From positions 358,918,001-358,982,000 of the forward strand of contig OZ024741.1 of the NCBI GenBank assembly GCA_964016885.1: 64,000 bases of DNA. The letters run 5' to 3'. The notes beneath the pieces were generated by a model. The model had not been told where the DNA came from. It saw only the letters and a program-made list of their open reading frames with translations, and searched no databases. This stretch comes from Eledone cirrhosa. Lineage: Eukaryota. Both the position numbers and the translations under genes were made by a program. Of the stretch, positions 34,601-49,247 are shown piece by piece (within the stretch, counting starts at the first letter, position 1; every line of letters starts with the position of its first letter).

Positions 34601-35732
34601 CGTAGGTAGAAACTCCATTTTATGTCCTAAATGCAAAGTATGGGTGCATAAAAGATGTAGTGGGATCACAGGTAAGCTAACTAAGAACATAGATTTTACA
34701 TGTGGCCGGTGTTCTGGTGCAATAAGTAGCAGCAAGTGCCCACAAAATACTAGCTCTTTCAATTGCGCAGAGGGTTCTATAGAAATAGTGGACAGCTTCC
34801 GTTACCTGGGCGATAAAATCAGCAGTGGGGGAGGGTGCTCTGAAAGTACTGTAGCTAGAGTCAGAACTGGTTGGAAAAAGTTCAGAGAGCTTATACCACT
34901 ATTAGCTGCTAAAGGGTTCTCCCTAAAAATGAAAGGCAGGTTGTACGATGCCTGCATACGAACAGCAATGTTGCATGGCAGTGAGACCTGGGCATTGTGT
35001 GCAGAGGATATACGCAGACTAGAGAGGAACGAAGCTTGCATGCTCCGCTGGATGTGTAACAGTAATATACGTGAACGGCAAAGCATAAACGAACTAAGGA
35101 AAAAATTAGAGATAAGAGGGATCAGATGTTGTTTACTCGAGAGAAGGCTACGTTGGTATGGACACGTGATGCGCATGAAAGTCGATAGCTGTATAACAAA
35201 GTGCAGGGCAATAAAGATAGATGGTAGCCACGGAATAGGCAGACCTAGAAAAACCTGGGACGAGCTGATAAACTCCGACCTCACACACTTACACCTCTCC
35301 AAGACAATGTCACTGGACCGAGACCTTTGGCGGTACTCAGTAACAGAGAAGACCCGCCTTGCCAGTAGGCATCTCTAACAAAATACACCCCGTCCCGCCA
35401 CCACCCCCACCCATCCACACCACCCCGTCCTATGTAAAGTTATGTTGGTGCCGCGCCATCCAGGCCGAAACAAATGAGATCGTGTAGGTGTCACGACAAA
35501 AAAACACACAGTCCACGCTGTAATGTGGCCGTGTAGGCAACACGGTAAAAACCTCCCAGACCCACACTGTAAATGTGGTTGGTGTTAGGAAGGGCATCCA
35601 ACTGTAGAAAACCTGCCAGACAGTCCTATGCGAGCAAGACAATCACTCTTGCCTCAAGTGGGACTACCCCCGTCCAAACCCATGCAAGCGTGGAACACGG
35701 ACGTTAAACGTTGATGATGATGATGATGATGA
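31233..35732 (+). mobile_element. Full-length RTE family B LINE (5' boundary uncertain: 31233 or ~31623)
   Basis: Long repeat-containing 5' UTR, single long ORF, 3' UTR and (GAT)n tail. Confidence 0.9.
32391..35378 (+). CDS. RTE polyprotein: APE endonuclease + reverse transcriptase with inserted PHD-type finger
   Basis: CIQETRW, SAYAP, GDLNGH, VDYIL, SQHRLI; LEKAFD, QGSVLSP, YADD; C4HC3; frame is open upstream to 32274. Confidence 0.95.
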   Translation: MLERKEVDVCCIQETRWRGGSARFIEGKKRCYKLFWVGNDDGLGGVGIMVAEKWADKIIDVNRVNDRIIKIRLVLNRTTVTVISAYAPQSGLPGTIKDRFYETLMLTTSQISDSDYIIIAGDLNGHVGQHCDGYDEIHGGYGFGTRNEEGSRILEFCDANNLTICNTNFKKRDNHLITYRSGEHTSQVDYILTRRRDRVSVVNTKSLPHEECTSQHRLIISDLIVRTRRTRQQKRTILRRKIWKLKDPTAKNKFQNILLDAFDSKEEHLESDNIEGQWEFLKANLLLATDEVCGWSRPVGRRRVTWWWNSKVEGSIKAKKQAWKVWRDGGSRVDYQVARREARREVYLARREAEERKFKHVLQRDDQKREVFRIARQCVKENRDIVGEKCVLNDDGILAITDTDKKVAWKCHYERLLNEENKWEKDNLPHVDPIEGPAVLVEGSIISKAIKDMKTGKAAGPSEIVAEMLKASGTVGHTMVTRIVNQVVQNGVVLKDWHSSIIVNCYKGKGDALDRSNYRGIKLIDQVMKVTEKVIAQLIRERIDLDEMQFGFVSGKSTTDALFIVRQLQEKFLAKGKPLYLAFVDLEKAFDRVPRSIIWWALRKLGVDEWLVRAIQAMYKETVSKVRINNEYSEEFSVKVGVHQGSVLSPLLFIIALQAITEEFKTGCPWELLYADDLTLIAESMVELEKKFQTWKHGLESKGLKINLAKTKVLVCRKENEAAVPSGKWSCSVCRKGVGRNSILCPKCKVWVHKRCSGITGKLTKNIDFTCGRCSGAISSSKCPQNTSSFNCAEGSIEIVDSFRYLGDKISSGGGCSESTVARVRTGWKKFRELIPLLAAKGFSLKMKGRLYDACIRTAMLHGSETWALCAEDIRRLERNEACMLRWMCNSNIRERQSINELRKKLEIRGIRCCLLERRLRWYGHVMRMKVDSCITKCRAIKIDGSHGIGRPRKTWDELINSDLTHLHLSKTMSLDRDLWRYSVTEKTRLASRHL

Positions 35733-35785
35733 TATATATATATATACACACATATATATATATACACATATATATATATATACAC

Positions 35786-35818
<33 letters not shown>

Positions 35819-35909
35819 CATTATATATATATATACATTATATATATATATACATATATACATTATATATAATATACATATATATATATACACATATATA
35901 TATATACAC

Positions 35910-35949
<40 letters not shown>

Positions 35950-36026
35950 ATATATACACATATATATATATACACATATATATATATACACATATATATA
36001 TATATATACACATATATATATACACA

Positions 36027-36094
<68 letters not shown>

Positions 36095-36322
36095 CATTAT
36101 TTATATATATACATTATATATATATATATACATTATATATATATACATACATTATATATATATATATACATTATATATATATATACATTATATATATATA
36201 TACATTATATATATATACATATATATATATACATTATATATATATACATATATATATATACATATATATATATATACATTATATATATATACATATATAT
36301 ATATACATATATATATATACAC

Positions 36323-36353
<31 letters not shown>

Positions 36354-36406
36354 CACATATATATATATACACATATATACACATACACATATATATATAT
36401 ATACAC

Positions 36407-36437
<31 letters not shown>

Positions 36438-36522
36438 CATATATACATATATATATATACACATATATATACACATATATACACATATATATATATATAC
36501 ATATACATATATATATATATAT

Positions 36523-37355
36523 ATCATCATCATCACCGAACGTCCGTGTTCCACGCTTGCATGGGTTTGGACGGTAGTTTTGCCACTTGAGTCAAGAGTG
36601 GTTGTCTTGCTCGCATAGGACTGTCTGGTGGGTTTTCTACAGCTGGATGCGCTTCCTAACACCAACCACATTTACAGTGTGGGACTGGGATGTTTTTACC
36701 ATGTTGCCTACACGGTCACATTACAGCGTGGACTGTCTGGCAGGTTTTCTACAGCTGGATGCCCTTCTTAACACCAACCACATTTACAGTGTGGGACTGG
36801 GAGGTTTTTACCGTGTTGCCTACACGGCCACATTACAGCGTGGACTGTGTGTTTTTTTTTCATGACACCTACACGATCTCATTTGTTTCGGCCTGGATTT
36901 TGTGGCACCAACATAACTTTTCATTGAAAGGGGCGGTGTGGATGGGGTGTGCGTGGGGGGGGGGGGGGTATTTTGTTAGAGATGCCTACTGACTGTAGTA
37001 GGTTTCTACTTTGTATTTAGGTAAGGCGGGTCTTCTCTATTACTGAGTACCGCCAAAGGTCTCGGTCCAGTGACATTGTCTTGGAGAGGTGTAAGTGTGT
37101 GATGTCGGAGTTTATCATGTCGTCCCAGGTTTTTCTGGGTCTGCCTACTCCGTGGCTACCATTATCTTTATTGCCCTGCACTTTGTTATACAGCTGTCGA
37201 CTTTCATGCGCATCACGTGACCATACCAACGTAGCCTTCTCTCGAGTAAACAACATCTGATCCCTCTTATTTCTAATTTTTTCCTTAGTTCGTTTATGCT
37301 TTGCCGTTCGCGTATATTACTATTACACATCCAGCGGAGCATGCAAGCTTTGTTC
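36523..37355 (-). mobile_element. RTE family B fragment (duplicated-UTR variant)
   Basis: Same truncation point as 41768-42609. Confidence 0.93.
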
Positions 37356-37868
37356 ACATATATATATACACATATATATATACACATATATATATACATA
37401 TATATACATATATATAAATATATACATATATATACATATATACATATATATACATATATATAAATATATATATATATATACATATATATAAATATATATA
37501 TATATATACATATATATAAATATATATATATATATACATATATATAAATATATATATATATATACATATATATAAATATATATATATATATACATATATA
37601 TAAATATATATATATATATACATATATATACATATACATATATATACATATATATACATATATATACATATATATACATATATATATATATATATACATA
37701 TATATACATATATATATATACATATACATATATATATATACATATACATATACATATATATATATACATATACATATATATATATACATATACATATATA
37801 TATATACATATACATATATATATATACATATATATATATACATATACATATATATATATACATATACA

Positions 37869-37900
<32 letters not shown>

Positions 37901-37947
37901 CATATACATATATATACATATATATATATATACATATATATATATAC

Positions 37948-38557
37948 ATGGTGGCTGCCAACTCGTTTTCGAGTACGGCCACTACTTTATATCCATGTAG
38001 GAGAACCCCTACCGATGCGCTGAACGAATGTGACTTTAGTCCAGCCAGCGACTTGAAAACTCTGGCACAAAGACTACACTTGTGACCATTATTGACACAT
38101 AGTGCAGGGCCCATGGTACCATGTGATGACAAGTGCAGAGAGATCTCCAGATATAAAGCAATGCCTGTGCTGTGAAGCTTTTATAGTGAGCAAAGGCACT
38201 GCACAAAGCCAGTCCCACTCTCTTAACCAAGATGATATTTACCAAAAAGAAGAACAGGTCAACATCATTGGATACCATCAGGATTGCAGGTGTTATATCA
38301 GAGTTTTCCTTCTCCTAGAATTCTGCCTTGACAAAGGCTAAGGGGTCATCTCTCCCGGTGATTTTGGATGGCTATTGACTCTTAAGAGCTCCCTTGCCCT
38401 TTGACAGGTTTTGTTTTTAGTCCTGCAGGATGTCCAAAGTCACCCTCCTCACCAAGAAACCTTGGTGGGGTTGCCAGTTTAGTCGCCAACGACCCGACCA
38501 TGAGACAGGTTGTACTGGGATACATGTTACCAGTAGCACCAACTGGTGACCTGACAA
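37948..38557 (-). mobile_element. Non-autonomous RTE-like element, longest copy (~610 bp)
   Basis: Three-copy family; absent from the duplicated block at 42.6-43.5 kb. Confidence 0.78.
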
Positions 38558-38707
38558 TATATATGTCTATATATATATACATATATACATATATACACAC
38601 ATATATATATACATATATATACACATATATATATACATATATATATATACATATATATATATACATATATATATATACATATAGACATATATATATATAT
38701 ATATATA

Positions 38708-38745
<38 letters not shown>

Positions 38746-38825
38746 TATACACATATATATATACATATATATATATACATATATATATATACATATATAT
38801 ATATACATATATATATATACATATA

Positions 38826-38862
<37 letters not shown>

Positions 38863-38866
<4 letters not shown>

Positions 38867-39133
38867 TTTACGTATCGAGAAAGAGAGAAAAAGGAGGGAT
38901 AGGTGATACATATAGTTATTTGCCAAGTAGCGTATGCCAAAGGTGCTCGATACTAGTGCCGGCAGTATTAAATATTCGAAGTGTTAATATTTAGTGGGCT
39001 AGAGAGTTAGCAGAGCGTAAGCACGTGGGAAAGTAAAAAAAAATCGGAGAATAGACCGTTAAAACATGTTTATTTAAGATATCACCTACGTACGTTTCGC
39101 CCAGTTGGGCTTCTCAAGGGCATAAATAATCAT
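38863..39133 (-). mobile_element. PLE-like pLTR fragment with HHR
   Basis: Duplicate at 43550-43820; HHR near its 5' end. Confidence 0.7.
39083..39121 (-). ncRNA. Minimal HHR, U3-A8 variant
   Basis: CC-TTGAGAA-GCCCA-AC-TGGGC-GAAAC-GTAC-GTA-GG; palindromic ACGTACGT; short stem I. Confidence 0.7.
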
Positions 39134-39159
39134 ATATATATATATATATACATATAGAC

Positions 39160-39236
<77 letters not shown>

Positions 39237-39335
39237 CATATAGACATATATATATATATATATATACATATAGACATATATATATATATATATACATATA
39301 TATACATATAGACATATATATATATACATATATAT

Positions 39336-39382
<47 letters not shown>

Positions 39383-39395
39383 TATACATATAGAC

Positions 39396-39426
<31 letters not shown>

Positions 39427-39513
39427 TATACACATATATATATATATACATATATATACACATATATACATATATATATATATACACAAATATATATATA
39501 CACATATACACAA

Positions 39514-39544
<31 letters not shown>

Positions 39545-39557
39545 TATATATATATAT

Positions 39558-39694
<137 letters not shown>

Positions 39695-39709
39695 TATATA
39701 TATATACAC

Positions 39710-39740
<31 letters not shown>

Positions 39741-40265
39741 CACACATATATATATATACACACATATATATATATACACACATATATATATATATACACA
39801 CATATATATATATATACACACATATATATATATATACACATATATATATATATATACACATATATATATATATATACACACATATATATATATATATATA
39901 CTCACATATATATATATACTCATATATATATATATATATACTCATATATATATATATATACTCATATATATATATATATACTCATATATATATATACTCA
40001 TATATATATATATATATACTCATATATATATATATATATATACTCACATATATATATATATATACTCACATATATATATATATATACTCATATATATATA
40101 TATACTCATATATATATATATATATACTCATATATATATATATATATACACACATATATATATATATATACACACATATATATATATATATACACATATA
40201 TATATATATATACACATATATATATATATACACATATATATATACACATATATATATATACACAC

Positions 40266-40362
<97 letters not shown>

Positions 40363-40408
40363 CATATATATATATACATATATATATATACATATATATA
40401 TATACACA

Positions 40409-40740
<332 letters not shown>

Positions 40741-40855
40741 CATTATATATATATACATTATATATATATACATTATATATATATACATATATATGCATAT
40801 ATATATATACACATTATATATATATACATATATATATATACACATATATATATAC

Positions 40856-40900
<45 letters not shown>

Positions 40901-41290
40901 TATATATATACACATATATACATATATACATATATATATACACATATATATACATATATATATATACACATATATATATATATACACACATATATATATA
41001 TACACATATATATATATATACACATATATATATATATACACATATATATATACATATATATATATATATACATTATATATATATATACATATATATATAC
41101 ATTATATATATATATACATATATATATATACACACACATATATATATACACATATATATATATACACATATATATATATACACATATATATATACACATA
41201 TATATATATACACATATATATATATATACACATATATATATATATATACACATATATATATACACATATATATATATATATATACACATA

Positions 41291-41324
<34 letters not shown>

Positions 41325-41486
41325 CATTATTTATATATATACATTATATATATATACATTATATATATATATACATTATATATATATATATACATTATAT
41401 ATATATATACATTATATATATATATATACATTATATATATACATATATATATATACATTATATATATATACATTATATATATATAC

Positions 41487-41519
<33 letters not shown>

Positions 41520-41565
41520 CATTATATATATATACATATATATATATACATATATATATATACAC

Positions 41566-41596
<31 letters not shown>

Positions 41597-41649
41597 CACA
41601 TATATATATATACACATATATACACATACACATATATATATATATACAC

Positions 41650-41682
<33 letters not shown>

Positions 41683-41767
41683 CATATATACATATATATA
41701 TATACACATATATATACACATATATACACATATATATATATATACATATACATATATATATATATAT

Positions 41768-42191
41768 ATCATCATCATCACCGAACGTCCGTGTTCCACG
41801 CTTGCATGGGTTTGGACGGGAGTTTTGCCACTTGAGTCAAGAGTGGTTGTCTTGCTCGCATAGGACTGTCTGGTGGGTTTTCTACAGCTGGATGCGCTTC
41901 CTAACACCAACCACATTTACAGTGTGGGACTGGGATGTTTTTACCATGTTGCCTACACGGCCACATTACAGCGTGGACTGTCTGGCAGGTTTTCTACAGC
42001 TGGATGCCCTTCCTAACACCAACCACATTTACAGTGTGGGACTGGGAGGTTTTTACCGTGTTGCCTACACGGCCACATTACAGCGTGGACTGTGTGTTTT
42101 TTTTTCGTGACACCTACACGATCTCATTTGTTTCGGCCTGGATTTTGTGGCACCAACATAACTTTTCATTGAAAGGGGCGGTGTGGACGGG

Positions 42192-42223
<32 letters not shown>

Positions 42224-42609
42224 TTTTGTTAGAGATGCCTACTGACTGTAGTAGGTTTTTTCTTTGTATTTAGGTAAGGCGGGTCTTCTCTATTACTGAG
42301 TACCGCCAAAGGTCTCGGTCCAGTGACATTGTCTTGGAGAGGTGTAAGTGTGTGAGGTCGGAATTTATCATGTCGTCCCAGGTTTTTCTGGGTTTGCCTA
42401 CTCCGTGGCTACCATCTATCTTTATTGCCCTGCACTTTGTTATACAGCTGTCGACTTTCATGCGCATCACGTGACCATACCAACGTAGCCTTCTCTCGAG
42501 TAAACAACATCTGATCCCTCTTATTTCTAATTTTTTCCTTAGTTCGTTTATGCTTTGCCGTTCGCGTATATTACTATTACACATCCAGCGGAGCATGCAA
42601 GCTTTGTTC
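41768..42609 (-). mobile_element. RTE family B fragment (segmental duplicate)
   Basis: Nearly identical to 36523-37355. Confidence 0.93.
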
Positions 42610-42839
42610 ACATATATATATACACATATATATATATACACATATATATATACATATATATACATATATATACATAAATATATATATATATATACATATA
42701 TATACATATATATATATATACATATATATATATACATATATATACATATATATACATAAATATATATATACATATATATATATATACATATATATACATA
42801 TATATACATAAATATATATATATATATACATATATATAC

Positions 42840-42874
<35 letters not shown>

Positions 42875-42885
42875 CATATATATAC

Positions 42886-42930
<45 letters not shown>

Positions 42931-42931
42931 C

Positions 42932-42976
<45 letters not shown>

Positions 42977-43096
42977 CATATACATATATATATATATACA
43001 TATACATATATATATATATACATATATATATATACATATATATATATACATATATATACATATACATATATATATATACATATATATACATATACA

Positions 43097-43128
<32 letters not shown>

Positions 43129-43346
43129 CATATACATATATATACATATATATATATACATACATATACATATATATACATATATATATATACATATATA
43201 TATATACATATATACATATATACACACATATATATATACATATATATACACATATATATATACATATATATATATACATATATATATATACATATATATA
43301 TATACATATATATATATACATATAGACATATATATATATATATATA

Positions 43347-43392
<46 letters not shown>

Positions 43393-43481
43393 TATACACA
43401 TATATATATACATATATATATATACATATATATATATACATATATATATATACATATATATATATACATATATATATATAC

Positions 43482-43549
<68 letters not shown>

Positions 43550-43553
<4 letters not shown>

Positions 43554-43818
43554 TTTACGTATCGAGAAAGAGAGAAAAAGGAGGGATAGGTGATACATAT
43601 AGTTATTTGCCAAGTAGCGTATGCCAAAGGTGCTCGATACTAGTGCCGGCAGTATTAAATATTCGAAGTGTTAATATTTAGTGGGCTAGAGAGTTAGCAG
43701 AGCGTAAGCACGTGGGAAAGTAAAAAAAAATCGGAGAATTGACCGTTAAAACATGTTTATTTAAAATATCACCTACGTACGTTTCGCCCAGTTGGGCTTC
43801 TCAAGGGCATAAATAATC

Positions 43819-43820
<2 letters not shown>
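43550..43820 (-). mobile_element. PLE-like pLTR fragment with HHR at 43770-43808
   Basis: Duplicate of 38863-39133. Confidence 0.7.
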
Positions 43821-43851
<31 letters not shown>

Positions 43852-43864
43852 GACATATATATAT

Positions 43865-44161
43865 ATCATCATCATCATCATCATCAACGTTTAACGTCCG
43901 TGTTCCACGCTTGCATGGGTTTGGACAGGGGTAGTCCCACTTGAGGCAAGAGTGATTGTCTTGCTCGCATAGGACTGTCTGGCAGGTTTTCTACAGTTGG
44001 ATGCCCTTACTAACACCAACCACATTTACAGTGTGGGTCTGGGAGGTTTTTACCGTGTTGCCTACACGGCCACATTACAGCGTGGACTGTGTGTTTTTTT
44101 GTCGTGACACCTACACGATCTCATTTGTTTCGGCCTCGATGGCGCGGCACCAATATAACTT

Positions 44162-44165
<4 letters not shown>
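43865..44165 (-). mobile_element. RTE family B 3' UTR fragment
   Basis: UTR plus (ATC)n tail. Confidence 0.9.
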
Positions 44166-44213
<48 letters not shown>

Positions 44214-44269
44214 GACATATATATATATATATATATAGACATATATATATATATATACATATAGACATA

Positions 44270-44327
<58 letters not shown>

Positions 44328-44353
44328 GACATATATATATATACATATATATA

Positions 44354-44387
<34 letters not shown>

Positions 44388-44390
44388 GAC

Positions 44391-44421
<31 letters not shown>

Positions 44422-44425
44422 TATA

Positions 44426-44459
<34 letters not shown>

Positions 44460-44610
44460 TATACACATATATATATATATATATATATACATATATATAC
44501 ACATATATATATATATACATATATATACACATATATACATATATACATATATATACACATATATACATATATATATATATACACAAATATATATATACAC
44601 ATATACACAA

Positions 44611-44645
<35 letters not shown>

Positions 44646-44678
44646 TATACACATATATATATATATATATACACACAC

Positions 44679-44709
<31 letters not shown>

Positions 44710-44788
44710 TATATATACACACATATATATATATATATATACACACATATATATATATATGTATATACACACATATATATATATACAC

Positions 44789-44827
<39 letters not shown>

Positions 44828-45263
44828 CACATATATATATATACACATATATATATATACACACATATATATATATATACACACATATATATATATATAC
44901 ACATATATATACATATATACACATATATATATATATATACACACATATATATATATATATACTCACATATATATATATATATATATACTCATATATATAT
45001 ATATACTCATATATATATATATATACTCATATATATATATATATATACTCATATATATATATATATATATACTCATATATATATATATATATACTCATAT
45101 ATATATATAAATACTCATATATATATATATACTCATATATATATATATATATACTCACATATATATATATATATACTCATATATATATATATATACTCAT
45201 ATATATATATATATACTCATATATATATATATATATACACATATATATATATATATACTCATA

Positions 45264-45703
45264 TATATATTGGTAAACGGAATAGAAAATGCTGACAAAT
45301 TGTTCACAGTTGAAAAATGGTTTAATTAGGAATAAAAGAGTATTAGTGATTGTATGGGTTAGTATTCAGTTGTGGTTTTAAGTTTTTAAGTTTTACCGGT
45401 TGCGCATTTCTAAATGCTTTTCAAAAATAATTTTGAGATAGAGTGTCCGTGCTGTTTGCTCAGATCAGAGCAAACAGCACGGACACTCTATCTCAAAATT
45501 ATTTTTGAAAAGCATTTAGAAATGCGCAACCGGTAAAAACTTAAGAACTTAAAACCACAACTGAATACTAACCCATACAATCACTAATACTCTTTTATTC
45601 CTAATTAAACCATTTTTCAACTGTGAACAATTTGTCAGCATTTTCTATTCCGTTTACCAATATATAATAACTTGTGTGTTACACCTCTATTCTTTTAACT
45701 CTC
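45264..45703. repeat. ~400-bp near-perfect palindrome (6-nt spacer) with short tail
   Basis: Arms ~45264-45461 and ~45468-45666 around AGATCA. Confidence 0.9.
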
Positions 45704-46030
45704 ATATATATATATATATATATACACATATATATATATATATATACACATATATATATATATACACACATATATATATATATACACACACACATATATA
45801 TATACATATACACACACATATATATATATATATACACACACATATATATATACACATATATATATATATATACACATATATATATATATATACACATATA
45901 TATATATATACACATATATATATATATACACATATATATATATATATATACACACATATATATATATATACACATGTATATATATATACACATATATATA
46001 TATACACACATATATATATATACACACATA

Positions 46031-46067
<37 letters not shown>

Positions 46068-46528
46068 GTAAAGTTATATTTAAAATTGTTGGGTTACAAC
46101 TAGTAAATATTTATAACTGATATAAAAGCACTCGACAAATATTTGGAGTATATTTACAATATTAAATAAATGGAAAACTATATTTATAAAACCATATTTA
46201 TTTCATTATATATATTTCGGGGATATCATATTAACAATATGCTATGCCTTCATCAGACAAAATACAATATAAACAGTTTTATAGATAAATATATTCGACA
46301 TACCGTAATAAACATCAACTTCATTTGGAGAGGTTTACGCTAGCGTAAACCTCTCCAAATGAAGTTGATGTTTATTACGGTATGTCGAATATATTTATCT
46401 ATAAAACTGTTTATATTGTATTTTGTCTGATGAAGGCATAGCATATTGTTAATATGATATCCCCGAAATATATATAATGAAATAAATATGGTTTTATAAA
46501 TATAGTTTTCCATTTATTTAATATTGTA
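46068..46528 (-). mobile_element. PLE-like fold-back element; perfect 374-bp palindrome at 46155-46528
   Basis: Centre GCT|AGC at 46341/46342; homologous to 48305-48580. Confidence 0.85.
46419..46484 (+). ncRNA. Type I HHR (mirror copy at 46199-46264 on minus)
   Basis: TATTTTGT-CTGATGA-imperfect stem II-GAAAT-ATAT-ATA-ATGAAATA; 8-bp stem I with 2 G-U pairs. Confidence 0.75.
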
Positions 46529-46532
46529 TATA

Positions 46533-46605
<73 letters not shown>

Positions 46606-46616
46606 GTGTATATATG

Positions 46617-46835
46617 AAGGCGTGTGGCTGAGTGGTTAAAGAATTGGATTCGTAATCGTAAGGTTGTGAGTTCGATTCCTGGAACAGGCAATGCGTTATG
46701 TCCTTGAGCAAGAGACTTTATTTCACATTGCTCCTTCTACCTGGAGTTGCGACCGATAGATAGTATTAGCAATTGGAAAGACCAACGGAAACATTGTTTC
46801 CTCGGTCCGATTTGACGAAAGTCGATTGTTCCTTT
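46617..46835 (+). mobile_element. tRNA-derived SINE
   Basis: A box TGGCTGAGTGG, B box GTTCGATTCC, TCCTTGAGCAAG body; second copy at 59062. Confidence 0.85.
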
Positions 46836-46937
46836 ATATATATATATACACATATATATATACACACATATATATACACACATATATATACACACATATA
46901 TATATACACACATATATATATACACACATATATATAT

Positions 46938-46982
<45 letters not shown>

Positions 46983-47275
46983 TATATATATATACATATA
47001 TATATATATACACATATATATATATATACATACACATATATATATACACACATATATATATACACATATATACACACATATATATATATATACACACATA
47101 TATGTATATATATACACATATATATATATATACACACATATATATATATACACACATATATGTATATATATACACATATATATATATATATACACACATA
47201 TATATGTATATATATACACATATATATATATACACATATATATATGTATATATATACACATATATATATATACAC

Positions 47276-47378
<103 letters not shown>

Positions 47379-47393
47379 TATATATATATATAT

Positions 47394-47600
<207 letters not shown>

Positions 47601-47665
47601 TATATATATATATACACATATATATATATATATATACACACATATATATATATATATATATACAC

Positions 47666-47700
<35 letters not shown>

Positions 47701-47850
47701 TATATATATACATACACACATATATATATACACACATATATATATATACACACATATATATATATATATACACACATATATATATATATACACACATATA
47801 TATATATACACACATATATATATATATATATACACACATATATATATATA

Positions 47851-47932
<82 letters not shown>

Positions 47933-47974
47933 TATATATATATATGTATGTATATATATATATATATACATACA

Positions 47975-48258
47975 CAGGGATTCAAGGGCCCTCAACTCTT
48001 CATCAACCTGCCGAGGGATCTGAGTGATTTGCATGACGTGGAGGTGGATGTCTTCAAGAAACATCTCGACACCTTGTTATCCAGGATCCCGGATGAGCCC
48101 ACAGCAAGGCATGAGGGAAACCTAAGGGCAGCAGCAACAAACTCCCTCTTACACCAGTGGCCAACCTATACAGGCTGGAGATAAAATGTGTAGCAACAAG
48201 GGCGGTGCCCCAGCATGGCCTCAGCCGGATGGCTGAAAAAGGTAAAAGAGTATTAGAA
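47975..48258 (+). mobile_element. CR1-group LINE 3' fragment (second family)
   Basis: GPQLFINLP...[16 protein letters not shown]...AATNSLL is homologous to the C-terminus of the 23-25 kb LINE. Confidence 0.82.
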
Positions 48259-48304
48259 TATATATATATATACATATATATGTATATATATATATATATA
48301 TATG

Positions 48305-48578
48305 CAGAGGTTATATTTAATTTGTTGGGATTCAACAAGCTTAAACATTTTTTATAAATGATATAAAGCACTCAACAGCTTAGTGGAGTAAATATACAAT
48401 ATATTAACAAATGGAATCTATATTTATAAAACCATATTTATTTTATTATACATATATCAAGGGCCACCAAGGCAAATTATGGTGCACTTTCATCAGAGAA
48501 AATACAATACAGATTTGTTTTATAAATAAATATTTACATACCCTGAAAAAAGACAACCTTAACGGTTGGAGCTACCAG

Positions 48579-48580
<2 letters not shown>
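48305..48580 (-). mobile_element. Diverged relative of the 46068 element; HHR decayed
   Basis: Shared TATATTTATAAAACCATATTTATTT and TCATCAG; GAAA box mutated to GATA. Confidence 0.65.
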
Positions 48581-48637
<57 letters not shown>

Positions 48638-48639
<2 letters not shown>

Positions 48640-48970
48640 TCATTTCATTTTACGTCCACTTTTTCCTGCTTGAAAGGGTGGGACGGGCCTGATTCTGGCT
48701 TGATTTCTACAGCTGGATGCCCTTCCTAACACCAACCTCATTTACAGTGAGTGCTGGGTGCTTTTTTGCCGTGGCACCTCCACGACCACCTTGCGGTGGA
48801 ATGATAGGGACCCAAGTCCCTATCATCTCATTTCTACAGCTGAGTAAACTGGAGCAATGTGAAATAAAGTGTCTTGCTCAAGGAAACAACACATCACCCG
48901 GTCTGAGAATTGAACTCACAACCTTTCGATTGCAAGGCCAATGCTCTAACCACTAAGCCATGTGCCTCCA
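48638..48970 (-). mobile_element. tRNA-headed SINE with RTE-related body and tail
   Basis: A/B boxes at right; middle matches the RTE-A 3' UTR; end matches the RTE-C terminus. Confidence 0.8.
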
Positions 48971-49083
48971 GGTCCGTTGCATTCTAGTTGGTATTCCAAC
49001 ATTCTCTACCTTAGTCATCCACGTTATCATCATCATCATATCATCATATATATATATATATATATATATACCTACATACATAC

Positions 49084-49247
49084 ATCTATCTATCTAAGGT
49101 GGGTAAAATTCCCGAGATCCATGGACGAGTTCTCTCCAGCGGTCTCTGTCCCTCATTATCGCTGCCATGTCCTGCATCTCCAACAGACCAGTGTCTGTCC
49201 TTATGCCATCAACATACCTTAACCTTGGTCTTCCTCTTCTAGTGTGC
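49084..49247 (-). mobile_element. RTE-like family D, 3' fragment
   Basis: Homologous to 17053-17262. Confidence 0.8.

Noticed and set aside
46617-46690. tRNA gene
   Set aside because: A/B boxes present, but no proper acceptor stem and it continues into a SINE body
46805-46832. TTGACGAAAGTCGA as a hammerhead
   Set aside because: Simple GAAA hairpin; core boxes overlap, with no stem II or stem I
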